Origin: an uncultured Nitrososphaeraceae archaeon | GTDB taxonomy: Archaea; Thermoproteota; Nitrososphaeria; Nitrososphaerales; Nitrososphaeraceae | Length of the DNA stretch: 64,000 nucleotides | Direction of reading: 5' to 3' | Assembly (NCBI GenBank): GCA_963837175.1 | Contig: CAWIMJ010000050.1 | Coordinates: 96,001 to 160,000 of the forward strand | Part shown: one piece after another, positions 54,627 through 64,000 of the stretch | How positions within the stretch are numbered: the stretch's first letter is position 1 | Layout: each line of letters opens with the position of its first letter | Translations under genes and position numbers: made by a program | Notes under the pieces: generated by a model | What the model saw: only the letters and a program-made list of their open reading frames with translations | The model's database searches: none | What the model was told of the DNA's origin: nothing

Positions 54627-55196
54627 GCCTCGTTTAAGATCATAAAGATTGGTGTATTAATAGTCTGTGATCTATAGTCGTAAATCATAGCATGTCGTTA
54701 CAGAATTCTCTGAACTTAATAAGAGGATAGTAACCCTTGATTGTGGATAAGATAAACTATTAAACAATAAATCAACGAATGTAAAAGTGGGGCAGAACAT
54801 AGTAATATAAACGGAAGGATCCCAATTTTTAAAACTCATTCCTAAGTCTGACTGTAGAGCAACAATAGCTAATGGTAATGGATGTGCGCTTTATCACCGC
54901 GCTTGCCATTGTTTTAGCAAAAAGGATCCCTATTTCTCCATCTTAATAGAATCTGCCTTTTCTGAGACATTTAGTAAAACCTTACTTGCGATGCAAGGTG
55001 AGATTTAAAAGTTGATGTAGCAGTAGGACCTCTTGTTATTTTTTATGTCGTTCCGTTCTTTGTGAATATTGGTCTGCTGATTTCATAGGGCCTGTGCATT
55101 TAGTGTGCTATAGCATAGGATTCGACAATACTGTTAAAAAATCTATTTATTCTCTTCATGAATTCAATTTATAACTACACTGTATCTAGTTCGTGT

Positions 55197-55547
55197 TTAG
55201 AACTTATGCATTCTAAATGGATTGAACTTTCCTTTACCTAAATCTGTAGAACCATCAATAGTTGGATTCAAATATCGACTCGACAAATATCTAGTAAGAT
55301 CGTTTGGGCCTACTGTATCTGGTTTCCTTTGATTTGAGAAAGTAGTAGATATGTGTATTAATCCCATGTTTTCATTTTCTTTTGATTCATCCAGAATTTC
55401 GCAAAACATACTTGTCATGGAACATGTAGCCTTAAGATCAGTACCCTTCTTTATCCATTTTAGGTTTGAAAGATTTGTATCTATAGATTTTTCCCATGTA
55501 GGATCATTTTCTACTAGCCATCTAGGTATGCGTTGAATATTTTGCAT
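55197..55547 (-). CDS. Hypothetical protein
   Basis: 116-aa ATG ORF; no family recognised. Confidence 0.5.
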   Translation of the reverse strand: MQNIQRIPRWLVENDPTWEKSIDTNLSNLKWIKKGTDLKATCSMTSMFCEILDESKENENMGLIHISTTFSNQRKPDTVGPNDLTRYLSSRYLNPTIDGSTDLGKGKFNPFRMHKF

Positions 55548-56061
55548 TATTCATCTCTACTCAGAACCTTTAATTAAAACTTTGTTTAAATTGACAATAC
55601 TGACTGCAAACTTTTCAGAATGACCTTAACTTATTTAAGGTCTCGTTCTGGGCAATAGTAAATTGTCCTTCTCATCTATAATATACAAACAGACAAGGTT
55701 AAGGCCTGTAAAATTACAGAATCTGACGGTTTATATATCCGATAACTGTGTCCTGAAGGAATAATCAATATCTGTAGTATTGAGTTATAAAATTAACAAT
55801 GTAACAAACTATGATAAATCTAAAGACACATTAGATTATGTGGGAAGAAAACAAAATATGTAGGCTTGCGACAGTTAGTTATATTTTTTTCAAGCTTCTA
55901 AAGAATTATTCACTGTTATTAAGATTATATAATCAATAATCAATATTAAATGATTTATTTAGTAAATATATTATAATAAAAATTTACTATAGTAATATTT
56001 AAATAATAGAATAAAATATTTATACTAGTTGGCGGGATGCCGTCAATTTTATGGTGAAAAA

Positions 56062-56977
56062 ATGGTAAAAGATATCTCAATGTTTAGTGATAGATGTCCT
56101 CGCTGCGGAAAGGGGCCGATGGTAACTGATAATTCAAGCGGCGAGATGTTTTGCGGAAATTGTGGATTTGTTGTTACAGAAAGGATAGAAGAAACAGGTC
56201 CTGAATGGCGCGCATTTTCGAAGGAGGAACATGAAGATCGAAGTCGCGCAGGAATCCCAACTTCGCTTGCAATGCATGACATGGGACTGGCTACTATTAT
56301 TGGCCCCGTAGATAAAGATGCTTCAGGCAAGCCATTATCGGCTTCTATGAAAAGCACTATTGAAAGGTTAAGGACTTGGGATAGTCGTAGCCAAGTTCAT
56401 GAACCAGTAGATCGCAATTTCCGACAAGCATTTAGTGAATTAGACAGATTAAAGGATAAACTTGCAGTAGGCGATGCGGTAATTGAAAAAGCCGCGTACG
56501 TATACAGAAAGGCTCTGGAAAAAGGGCTAGTCAGAGGACGTTCTATTTCTGCTTTAGTTGCTGCTGCTCTATATGCGGCATGTCGAGACACAGAAACACC
56601 ACGAACCCTCAAAGATATTGCTAATGCAAGTAACATTAAGAAAAAGGATGTAGCGCGTTGTTATAGATTGCTAATTAGAGAACTTGATCTTAAAATGCCG
56701 GTAGTGGATCCTGTAAAATGTGTTGCAAGAATTGCAAGTAAAGCAGGTCTCTCAGAAAAGACGAAACGTAAAGCACTAGAGATCTTAAAGAAAGCAGAGG
56801 AAGGAAAAATTTCTGCCGGAAAGGATCCAATGGGTTTGGCAGCTGGCAGCGTTATATGTTGCTTGTGTGATGAATGGAGAAAATAAAACACAAAAAGATG
56901 TTGCAGAGGCAGCGGGTGTAACAGAAGTAACGATCAGAAATAGATACAAAGGTCTTAAGATGCATCTTAAGCTCTAA
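56062..56977 (+). CDS. tfb: Transcription initiation factor IIB (TFB); extra G at 56845-56846 breaks the C-terminus
   Basis: Zn ribbon CPRC...[25 protein letters not shown]; the shifted frame continues [37 protein letters not shown]. Confidence 0.96.
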
Positions 56978-57416
56978 GGTCATTTAGCAATCTTCTCCTT
57001 TCATTTACTAGTTCTTTAAGGAAACTCACTTTTTCATCTATTGTTGTCTGATTCACATGGTGTTTTAGAGCAAACTCGAGTGAAACGAGGAGCAAAGTAA
57101 TATCTGAATCAAGTGATAAGAGGTGATCGATATCTAAATTCTTAAGAGTTCCATTGGGAGTCAATGTAAGTTCATACCCGCTTAGCATAGCTGGCAAAAT
57201 AGAAATCAATTCATCGTATGTAACTTTATCAATGGATGGCTTCATGGAATTTATTCTTAGTTTTATATTATGAGCCACTAAATTATTTGCTGTGTGCATT
57301 TCGACATAGCTTGCATGTCCTGTTCTTATACCTCTTTGCAGTATTGATGCCGCCCTGACCATTGTATTTAGCTTTGGATATTGCTTTCTCTTTTGTCGTC
57401 TGACGGGTTTATGCAT
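56967..57416 (-). CDS. Hypothetical protein
   Basis: 149-aa ATG ORF, convergent with tfb. Confidence 0.65.
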   Translation of the reverse strand: MHKPVRRQKRKQYPKLNTMVRAASILQRGIRTGHASYVEMHTANNLVAHNIKLRINSMKPSIDKVTYDELISILPAMLSGYELTLTPNGTLKNLDIDHLLSLDSDITLLLVSLEFALKHHVNQTTIDEKVSFLKELVNERRRLLNDLRA

Positions 57417-57792
57417 TAACGGAATTTGAGATTACCCTCTTAAATGCTTTCTTTCTTAAAAAAAGGATTATAATACGCTATATTTTTTATTCTTTTATTC
57501 CAGTGCACGTTTATTTGAATTTCGAGCCGTCATCATTTATGAGATTTAAAAAATGATGCGCCTAAAAAGATTCCATTAGGATTACAAGGCAATATGTGTG
57601 CTAGTTTTTTTATTTCATAACTTCAATTCTATTAATGTTCTATAGCATATTGGAATTAGCGAATATATTAAAGATGTGTACTATAATCGACAAAATTTTT
57701 CAAAGAACAACTTTACGTCTTTAAAGAAAGAAGAGCAGATTAAAAAAATCATGTAACTAATTGTCGGAAAATAGTACCATAGTTCCTAATCA

Positions 57793-58101
57793 TTATTGTA
57801 CCTCTATAGCTGATTCATTAAATCCCATTTTAACCAAATATCCTTTAACGTCATCTCGATGATCTCCTTGCAACATAATGAAACCACCTTTTGCAGTCCC
57901 TCCACATGCAAATCGACTCTTTAATTCTTTAACAATACGTTGCATATCGCTTAATTTTGGATCAATGCCCTCTATCATAGTAGTTGTCTTGGAAAAACGT
58001 CTTGTTTCAAGGCGGACAACAACTCGAGCATCTTCCTTTTCAAGTTCCCCGCAGGCGCAAAGATCATCTGGCAGACCACATTTTTTGCATATAATCGCCA
58101 T
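57793..58101 (-). CDS. Translation initiation factor aIF1 (SUI1/YciH family)
   Basis: CGLPDDLCAC, ELKSRFACGGT, LQGDHRD. Confidence 0.95.
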   Translation of the reverse strand: MAIICKKCGLPDDLCACGELEKEDARVVVRLETRRFSKTTTMIEGIDPKLSDMQRIVKELKSRFACGGTAKGGFIMLQGDHRDDVKGYLVKMGFNESAIEVQ

Positions 58102-58174
58102 CTTATAGTAGAATTCTATTTGTCAGATCCTATTATTAAGCCTTCCCGGTGCAGACAAAAGGAATTATAGAGTT

Positions 58175-58597
58175 ATGTTTCTAGAAATATTAATGTCCAT
58201 AGATGATACGAGACAGTATAAGGAACCATCGGCAATAAAAAATGCAGCAGAATTACTTACAAGAGGAGCATCGCTAATAAACGAAGGATGCCCCAAATGT
58301 CGAGGTGTTCAAGTCAAATTCAAGGAGATAATTACGTGTATTAATTGCGGAAATCAACAAAAAGTATCTAATAATGTATCTTCAATACACTCAAAACAAC
58401 ATTCTATGGTTGAAGATTCTAAAGGGCTCCCTCTAGAATTAATAGAGAATAGAATTGCCTATAATATAATAAAGCTAGTAAATATACTTGATTATAATGA
58501 AGATATTAGCAACCAGAAAAAAAAGGCTGATCTTCTTGAATTATATCTTACGATAATTGAAAAAACTAGACACTTGAGAAATAAAGCCGATTTTTAA
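58175..58597 (+). CDS. UPF0148 / autoantigen-p27-like Zn-ribbon protein
   Basis: AAELLTRGASLINEGCPKC...CINCG followed by a helical C-terminus. Confidence 0.8.
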   Translation: MFLEILMSIDDTRQYKEPSAIKNAAELLTRGASLINEGCPKCRGVQVKFKEIITCINCGNQQKVSNNVSSIHSKQHSMVEDSKGLPLELIENRIAYNIIKLVNILDYNEDISNQKKKADLLELYLTIIEKTRHLRNKADF

Positions 58598-59005
58598 ATA
58601 TCGGATGTAACTGGATCCAGAAGTTCTTGATACAAAATGTTATCAACAGATTCTACCGTCATTAATACTGTAACACGTAACAATTTGGTTTTTCTTTGTA
58701 CTATCGAACATAGACCATCTCATAAATTTGGGAGCAGCTTATATGTAATAGCTTTATAGCTGGACATTATTGTTTTCATTATTTCTCGAATTCTAGTTTT
58801 TTTCTTTGGTGGTAAAAGAATCCGCTAAAAATTTAGAGAATACTCAAGTTTTCATTTACGAGAATCCTCAGTTGTTGTAAATTCTTTCTTTCTCCATGAC
58901 TTGAATAGTAACTATATATTGGATGTTTCAATTGTAAAATAAAAAATGACGAGCAAACTTACAACGTAATCTATTTAAGGCCTGAATACAACTCATTGAT
59001 TTGTT

Positions 59006-59173
59006 ATGAGTAAGAAGAAGAACGCTCCTTTGCCTGCTTCCAGTGCAGGATTACTAAGATTTTTTGAAGATGAAACCAAGGGAACAAAAATTAAGCCTGA
59101 AATCGTATTAGGCGCTACTGGTGCCTTAATAGGAATATCTATTTTAATTAGGATTCTCTTTCCAGTCTCATAA
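59006..59173 (+). CDS. secG: Preprotein translocase subunit Sec61beta (not in the ORF track)
   Basis: MSKKKNAPLPASSAGLLRFFEDETKGTKIKPEIV followed by a TM helix. Confidence 0.93.
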   Translation: MSKKKNAPLPASSAGLLRFFEDETKGTKIKPEIVLGATGALIGISILIRILFPVS

Positions 59174-59182
59174 TGACGATTA

Positions 59183-60955
59183 ATGTTTGGTCCTCGCTTA
59201 GATAGTATATCAAATATTCATAGAAGATGGTCATTTACTCGATTAAATCCATCATCATATAAACTCTCTTACCTTGTCTCTATTGCGAGTACTACTACTA
59301 TTATTATTATTTGTCATTTCTACCTTCTTAAAACGGATTGGTTCATTTTTGCTTCTCATATGCTGTTAGGCTTAGCAACCATAACGGGAGCAAATATTCT
59401 TGATTTTTTTTTATTGCAGAGAACTCCAAATAACAAACTCACAAAGGTACATCATGTTTCTGCATTTGCAAATCTTCTGTGGGTTATAACAATCTTTCTT
59501 GGAATTACATCGGATATATTATTATCATCTAGGAACGAGACTATTACAACCTATATTGTTGAAGGGATGTTCTTAGCAGTTGGATTACGCATAGGAATTT
59601 TTACTTCTGTTTTTGGTGCAACTATCAGTAAGGCCATAACAGTAGCCTTTATTTCACCACTGCTTTTATTATTTGCTTTTTTGCCTTTTAATTTTTATTT
59701 TGAGGCTTTAACAACACCAATCGTTCTTGGTTTCGGGTCTTCACTTTTGTTGCTTGGAATTATATGGACTATATTCGCTGATAGGTCTGGGAGGCCTGGA
59801 ATTAAGAGCACTTTTAGAGTTTTGCAAGCATTTCTTGCTGCGTGGACTGAAAACAAAGCAGACAATATGGAAGCGATTGCAGAGTCAAGGGCCCACATTG
59901 AAACTGTAATTACATATGTTCTAAAATTTAAAACTATGAATTCTGATAAGGTATTTATTATTCTCCCTGATCTACATCCTGGGCCATTCAATCCTATAGG
60001 CGGAAGTAACCTACCTTATGTTCTTTATACGTTATTTGCTAGAAGTGCTATGGTTATGCACAGTGTATCTGGCCACTTTCTAAATATTCCTTCAAAAAAA
60101 GAAGTTGATATATACGTCAAGGCCTTATCTACTTCCAGACTGTCTGAAGCAGGAAGTTCTTGCACCAAGCCTGTCCAAATCAAAATGGAGAAGTGCACAG
60201 TCACAGGAATTGCATTTGGTCATAGTGTTATTGTGCTCCTCTCAATGGCTCCAACAGGTATGGATGATGTACCTGAACATATTCGCACTTGCTTAGAACA
60301 TTATTCGTCAGAGATTGGATTTCAGAATATACTCATTATCGATACTCATAATGCAATGGGCGAATCCTTAAATCAACAAGATAGCGAAATTATGATATCT
60401 GCTACAAAACATTGCTTAAACGAACTAAAACGCGCAAGGCAACACAAATTTAAAATCGGGTTTGCTAACTCTGACGAACTTTCATATAATATGAAATCTA
60501 TGCCTGATCTAGGACAGTCTGGGCTTTCATCGCTACTGCTGCTTGTGGAAGGAAATGCATATTTCATAGGTTGGGCAGACTCTAACAATATGTGTAATGA
60601 ACTTCGAAATTACATTATCTCCCAATTAAATAATAATATGATAAATATGCTAGAAATCTGTACATCCGATACTCATTCGACTTCTGGAAAGAGGAATCGA
60701 CACGGATACTATACTTTTGGCAATTTTAGCACACCACAGGAAGTTGTTAAGATCTATCTTGACTTAGCAAGAAAGTCTATTGAAAAAGTGAGCCCCTCCA
60801 CATTTGAGTTACTTACGAATAGCTCACGCATCAAGGTTATGGGCAAAAGCCAATTTAAAGATTATTCTATTGCCCTAGACAAATCTATGAATATTACTAA
60901 GCTTTTTCTTATCATTACTCTTCTGGTATTTATAGGAATGTTAATTTTCAGTTAA
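59183..60955 (+). CDS. DUF2070 family membrane protein
   Basis: Multi-TM N-terminus; HPGPF-x-P-x-GGSNLP, MHSVSGH, IDTHN, DSNN, TSDTH. Confidence 0.85.
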   Translation: MFGPRLDSISNIHRRWSFTRLNPSSYKLSYLVSIASTTTIIIICHFYLLKTDWFIFASHMLLGLATITGANILDFFLLQRTPNNKLTKVHHVSAFANLLWVITIFLGITSDILLSSRNETITTYIVEGMFLAVGLRIGIFTSVFGATISKAITVAFISPLLLLFAFLPFNFYFEALTTPIVLGFGSSLLLLGIIWTIFADRSGRPGIKSTFRVLQAFLAAWTENKADNMEAIAESRAHIETVITYVLKFKTMNSDKVFIILPDLHPGPFNPIGGSNLPYVLYTLFARSAMVMHSVSGHFLNIPSKKEVDIYVKALSTSRLSEAGSSCTKPVQIKMEKCTVTGIAFGHSVIVLLSMAPTGMDDVPEHIRTCLEHYSSEIGFQNILIIDTHNAMGESLNQQDSEIMISATKHCLNELKRARQHKFKIGFANSDELSYNMKSMPDLGQSGLSSLLLLVEGNAYFIGWADSNNMCNELRNYIISQLNNNMINMLEICTSDTHSTSGKRNRHGYYTFGNFSTPQEVVKIYLDLARKSIEKVSPSTFELLTNSSRIKVMGKSQFKDYSIALDKSMNITKLFLIITLLVFIGMLIFS

Positions 60956-60994
60956 ATCTATAGGCCAATTTTATGCTGATAGGAAATAAAAAGA

Positions 60995-61069
60995 TGGATG
61001 GGGAGAGATTTGAACTCTCGACCACCTGTGTGTGAGACAGGTATCATGACCGGGCTAGACTACCCATCC
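60995..61069 (-). tRNA. tRNA-Val (anticodon CAC), no intron, CCA not encoded
   Basis: Reverse complement GGATGGGTAGTCTAGCCCGGTCATGATACCTGTCTCACACACAGGTGGTCGAGAGTTCAAATCTCTCCCCATCCA folds as a cloverleaf; anticodon arm CCTGT-CTCACAC-ACAGG. Confidence 0.96.
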
Positions 61070-61927
61070 AGTTTGTGACTACATCTTTATAATAAAGAAT
61101 AAGAAATTATACTTTCTAAAGTTGTAAACGCTTACCATATTAATACCTTTAAAAAAACCATTGACTTGTGGCTGCTCAGCTTTTAAGAGTAAATTATTAT
61201 TTGAGAAAAAATTTGACACTATGACAATGTGTCTAATATTCTAACATAGGGAACTATAATTAATTTAGAAGGTTTATCAAAAGATCAAATAGCATTGATA
61301 AACATAAGTTTTCTCAGCTTAAATTCAGAGAATAGAACTATAATAGGTTATGCGGTCCACTAATCAATTTGTTAACAACTCTAAATATGATATGATATAG
61401 TATACACCAAGATGATATAAATCTAAATTCCTATATTTGTTGTTTTCCTATAGTTACTGAGTTCATTATTCTAGATAAAGATACTACCCCCATTGATGTT
61501 TCACTTATAGGAACGGATGTATGATGTCATTATTTCAATGGGTTATGATGACTGGAAGAATTGTCATTAGTCATTTGATAAAAAACATGTAAAGTGGGGA
61601 GATAGATTTAACTTACTAAATATACTAGGTACCTGAGAATATTGCATAAATGTCAGATACGTAAAAAGTATCAAAGTCAGACTTGTTATAGCCGGACTAT
61701 TTCTCTCCGAAAACACATAATACTAGAAAATTTAAAGGGAAACGGATAGGAAGAAAAAGATCTTCAAGTAGTATAAAGAGCATTTACCACCCTTCAACGA
61801 TCCTAAGCTTAAGTACAATCGATAAGAAAAATCGTAGAGCTGAAGCAAGGAAAGATTGTTGAAGTGATTCTCCTGTCAGCCAGCGATGAGGAATCCTGAC
61901 CATCATATTATTAAGTGGACTTTATAG

Positions 61928-62151
61928 ATGCTGTATAAATTTATTATAAAGCCAATAATAATTGTGCCAAAGGATTGTCTCCATCTGATAAGACTAGACT
62001 TCCTTTTGGATAAATTAAGAAATCGAAAGATAGAACCAAATGAGGTCATAGAATTAAAGGAAATTTTAAAAAACGAGCAAAGAAACACTAATGCTGAGGT
62101 AATAATGCAGTTATCCTTGGCATAACAATACTGATGGGATTAGTAGCATAA
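61928..62151 (+). CDS. Small hypothetical protein, possibly frameshifted near 62100
   Basis: RLDFLLDKLRNRKIEPNEVIELKEIL; an alternative frame gives a hydrophobic tail NNAVILGITILMGLVA*. Confidence 0.35.
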
Positions 62152-62283
62152 GAATTTTCAAATAGAAAATTTAATCTAGATAGTCTTCTTAATTTTGAGT
62201 TAGAGAAAAAGAAAAGATGATAAATTATCTCCATTAATATAATAATAAATTCATATATGTCTATATATACACACGCTATATCT

Positions 62284-63540
62284 CTATGTGCCTTCACTAA
62301 ATCCTTCTAAATATATCTTCTGCTCCTCAGTGAGTTTGTCAATAGATATATCCATAGATTCTAACTTAGCAAGAGCAATTTCTTGATCCTGACTTTTTTC
62401 GATATTATATACTAGTGGTTTCATACTTCCTTTGGACTCAGCCAGTCTTATTACTGATAAGAATTGGTTCGCAAAGCTCATGTCCATAACCTCGGAAGGA
62501 TGACCTTCTGCAGCTGCCAAGTTTACTAAGCGGCCTTCGGCGATTAAATATATTCTGCTTCCACTCTTTAGGGTATACTGCGTTATGTTTTCATTCATTT
62601 GCTTCTTGTTTACAGATTCACCTTCTAGTGCAGTAACAGATATTTCAACATTGAAATGACCAGCATTTGCTAGTATTGCCCCGTCCTTCATTTTGCTAAT
62701 ATGCTCTTCAATGATAACATCTTTACAACCAGTGGTGGTAATGAAGATATCTCCTTTAGCAGATGCATATTGCATAGGTGCCACAGAGAAACCATCTAAC
62801 TTTGCCTTTAGAGCTGCAATTGGATCTACTTCAGTTACTATGACATTAGCTCCCATTCCAGATGCGCGTCGTGCAACACCCTTTCCAACATGCCCGTATC
62901 CTGCCACGACAAAATTCTTACCTGAAAGGAGTACGTTTGTAGCACGTATAATACCATCTAAAGCTGACTGCCCGGTACCATAAACATTATCAAAGTCATG
63001 TTTAGTTTCGGCATCATTAACCGCAATAATCGGATAAATAAGCTTTCCACACTTTTGCAATGCTCGTAGTCTAATAACCCCAGTGGTCGTTTCCTCCGTA
63101 CCACCATAAACCGTTGCTAGAGATCCGTTATTTTTTTTATGCATTTCAATAGTTAAGTCTGCACCATCGTCGATTGTTATATTAGGATTGATATCCATAG
63201 CTGAATGTATATCGTCATAGTATTCTTTTGTAGATACTCCTCGTCTTGCAAATATTGAAATGCCTTCATCAGCCGCCAGCGAAGCTGCGACATCGTCTTG
63301 AGTACTTAATGGATTACATCCACACCATGAAAGCTCTGCCCCCGCTATTTTGAGACTTCGGATCAACACAGCAGTTTCCTTAGTTACATGCAAACAACCA
63401 GAAATTTTAACACCCGTAAGCGGTTTAATCTTCTCATATCTCTGTCCCAACGCAACAAGAACAGGCATGTGTGCTTCTGCCCATTCAATTTTCTTTTTAC
63501 CCTCTAAAGACAAAGTAATATCTTTGACCCGATATGTCAT
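62284..63540 (-). CDS. ahcY: Adenosylhomocysteinase (paralogue 2, canonical)
   Basis: CLHVTKET, CNPLSTQD, EETTTG, KHDFDNVYGTGQS, GYGHVGKG, EGRLVNL, EGHPSEVMDMSF. Confidence 0.96.
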   Translation of the reverse strand: MTYRVKDITLSLEGKKKIEWAEAHMPVLVALGQRYEKIKPLTGVKISGCLHVTKETAVLIRSLKIAGAELSWCGCNPLSTQDDVAASLAADEGISIFARRGVSTKEYYDDIHSAMDINPNITIDDGADLTIEMHKKNNGSLATVYGGTEETTTGVIRLRALQKCGKLIYPIIAVNDAETKHDFDNVYGTGQSALDGIIRATNVLLSGKNFVVAGYGHVGKGVARRASGMGANVIVTEVDPIAALKAKLDGFSVAPMQYASAKGDIFITTTGCKDVIIEEHISKMKDGAILANAGHFNVEISVTALEGESVNKKQMNENITQYTLKSGSRIYLIAEGRLVNLAAAEGHPSEVMDMSFANQFLSVIRLAESKGSMKPLVYNIEKSQDQEIALAKLESMDISIDKLTEEQKIYLEGFSEGT

Positions 63541-64000
63541 ATCTCTGGAAAATAATTTTACCTTATATATATCACTGGAACGTTTATCCTTGAAAAAATA
63601 ATTTTGTTATATACTGGAAAGAACTGATTTATTATGAAGCCTATAAATTTTTTTTATGTGCCTTGTCTCAAAACCACATACTATCAATGCATTTTCTTCA
63701 TTCAAATGGATAAATAGTTTTTAGATACACTCATTGAATATTGAATATTGAATATTCATCAATATATTTTGTAAAGCAATGAAACGGCAAGAAAAATATG
63801 CATTGGTATAGTATCTGAGTTTATTGAATACCTTCCTAAAAAGTTGATATGTTAATCTAATAGAATAATGAACTTGTTGAGCTGTGATGGAGTATAGCCT
63901 AAACGAGGATAAGGATATGCCAGAAATGATCGTATCCAGTTATTTGTAACTACATTTTTTCTTTTTATCTTAATTGTTTATCTGGTAAATATTCTTTAGG

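Noticed and set aside
58600-58900. Minus-strand frame with several stops between the UPF0148 gene and secG
   Set aside because: Possibly a pseudogene, but unidentifiable
61070-62280. Degenerate region next to tRNA-Val as an integrated element
   Set aside because: It lies on the 5' side of the tRNA; no tRNA-end duplication or integrase is visible
1886-63601. Many 60-135 aa ORFs antisense to or overlapping real genes (e.g. 1886-2107, 16869-17204, 37303-37659, 52265-52672, 56049-56357, 62693-62983)
   Set aside because: Shadow frames of well-supported genes with no motifs of their own
1-64000. CRISPR array, cas genes, rRNA, provirus or integrase
   Set aside because: No regularly spaced repeats, cas or integrase motifs, or long GC-rich rRNA-like stretch were seen by eye

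Overview
This is AT-rich archaeal chromosomal DNA, most likely from a soil ammonia-oxidising archaeon (Nitrososphaerota, Nitrososphaeraceae-like). The assignment is inferred from TFB, aRF1, aIF1, Sec61beta, archaeal-type ThrRS, DUF2070 and the overall gene style. The first ~15 kb is accessory and rich in secreted proteins: a PQQ-type sugar dehydrogenase, purple-acid-phosphatase-like paralogues, RTX Ca-binding proteins, a Met-rich helical protein and an XPB-like helicase. The most notable element is an ~11.5 kb surface-polysaccharide locus (18775-30297), bracketed by IS6 fossils. It combines a hyaluronan-synthase/NodC-like processive GT2, a divergent nucleotide-sugar dehydrogenase, a membrane-anchored AlgG-like beta-helix, a GH5-like hydrolase, a flippase, an HPr-kinase-like P-loop protein and a Dpm1-GtrA glycosyltransferase. 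It is a candidate archaeal uronic-acid (hyaluronan/alginate-like) exopolysaccharide system. The right half is mostly housekeeping: prf1, cysS, two ahcY, metG, nadM, ilvC, dppBC, tfb, aIF1, secG and tRNA-Val(CAC). Several single-base insertions break cysS, tfb and other genes and are probably assembly errors. I saw no CRISPR array or rRNA. All calls come from reading motifs by eye, with no database searches.
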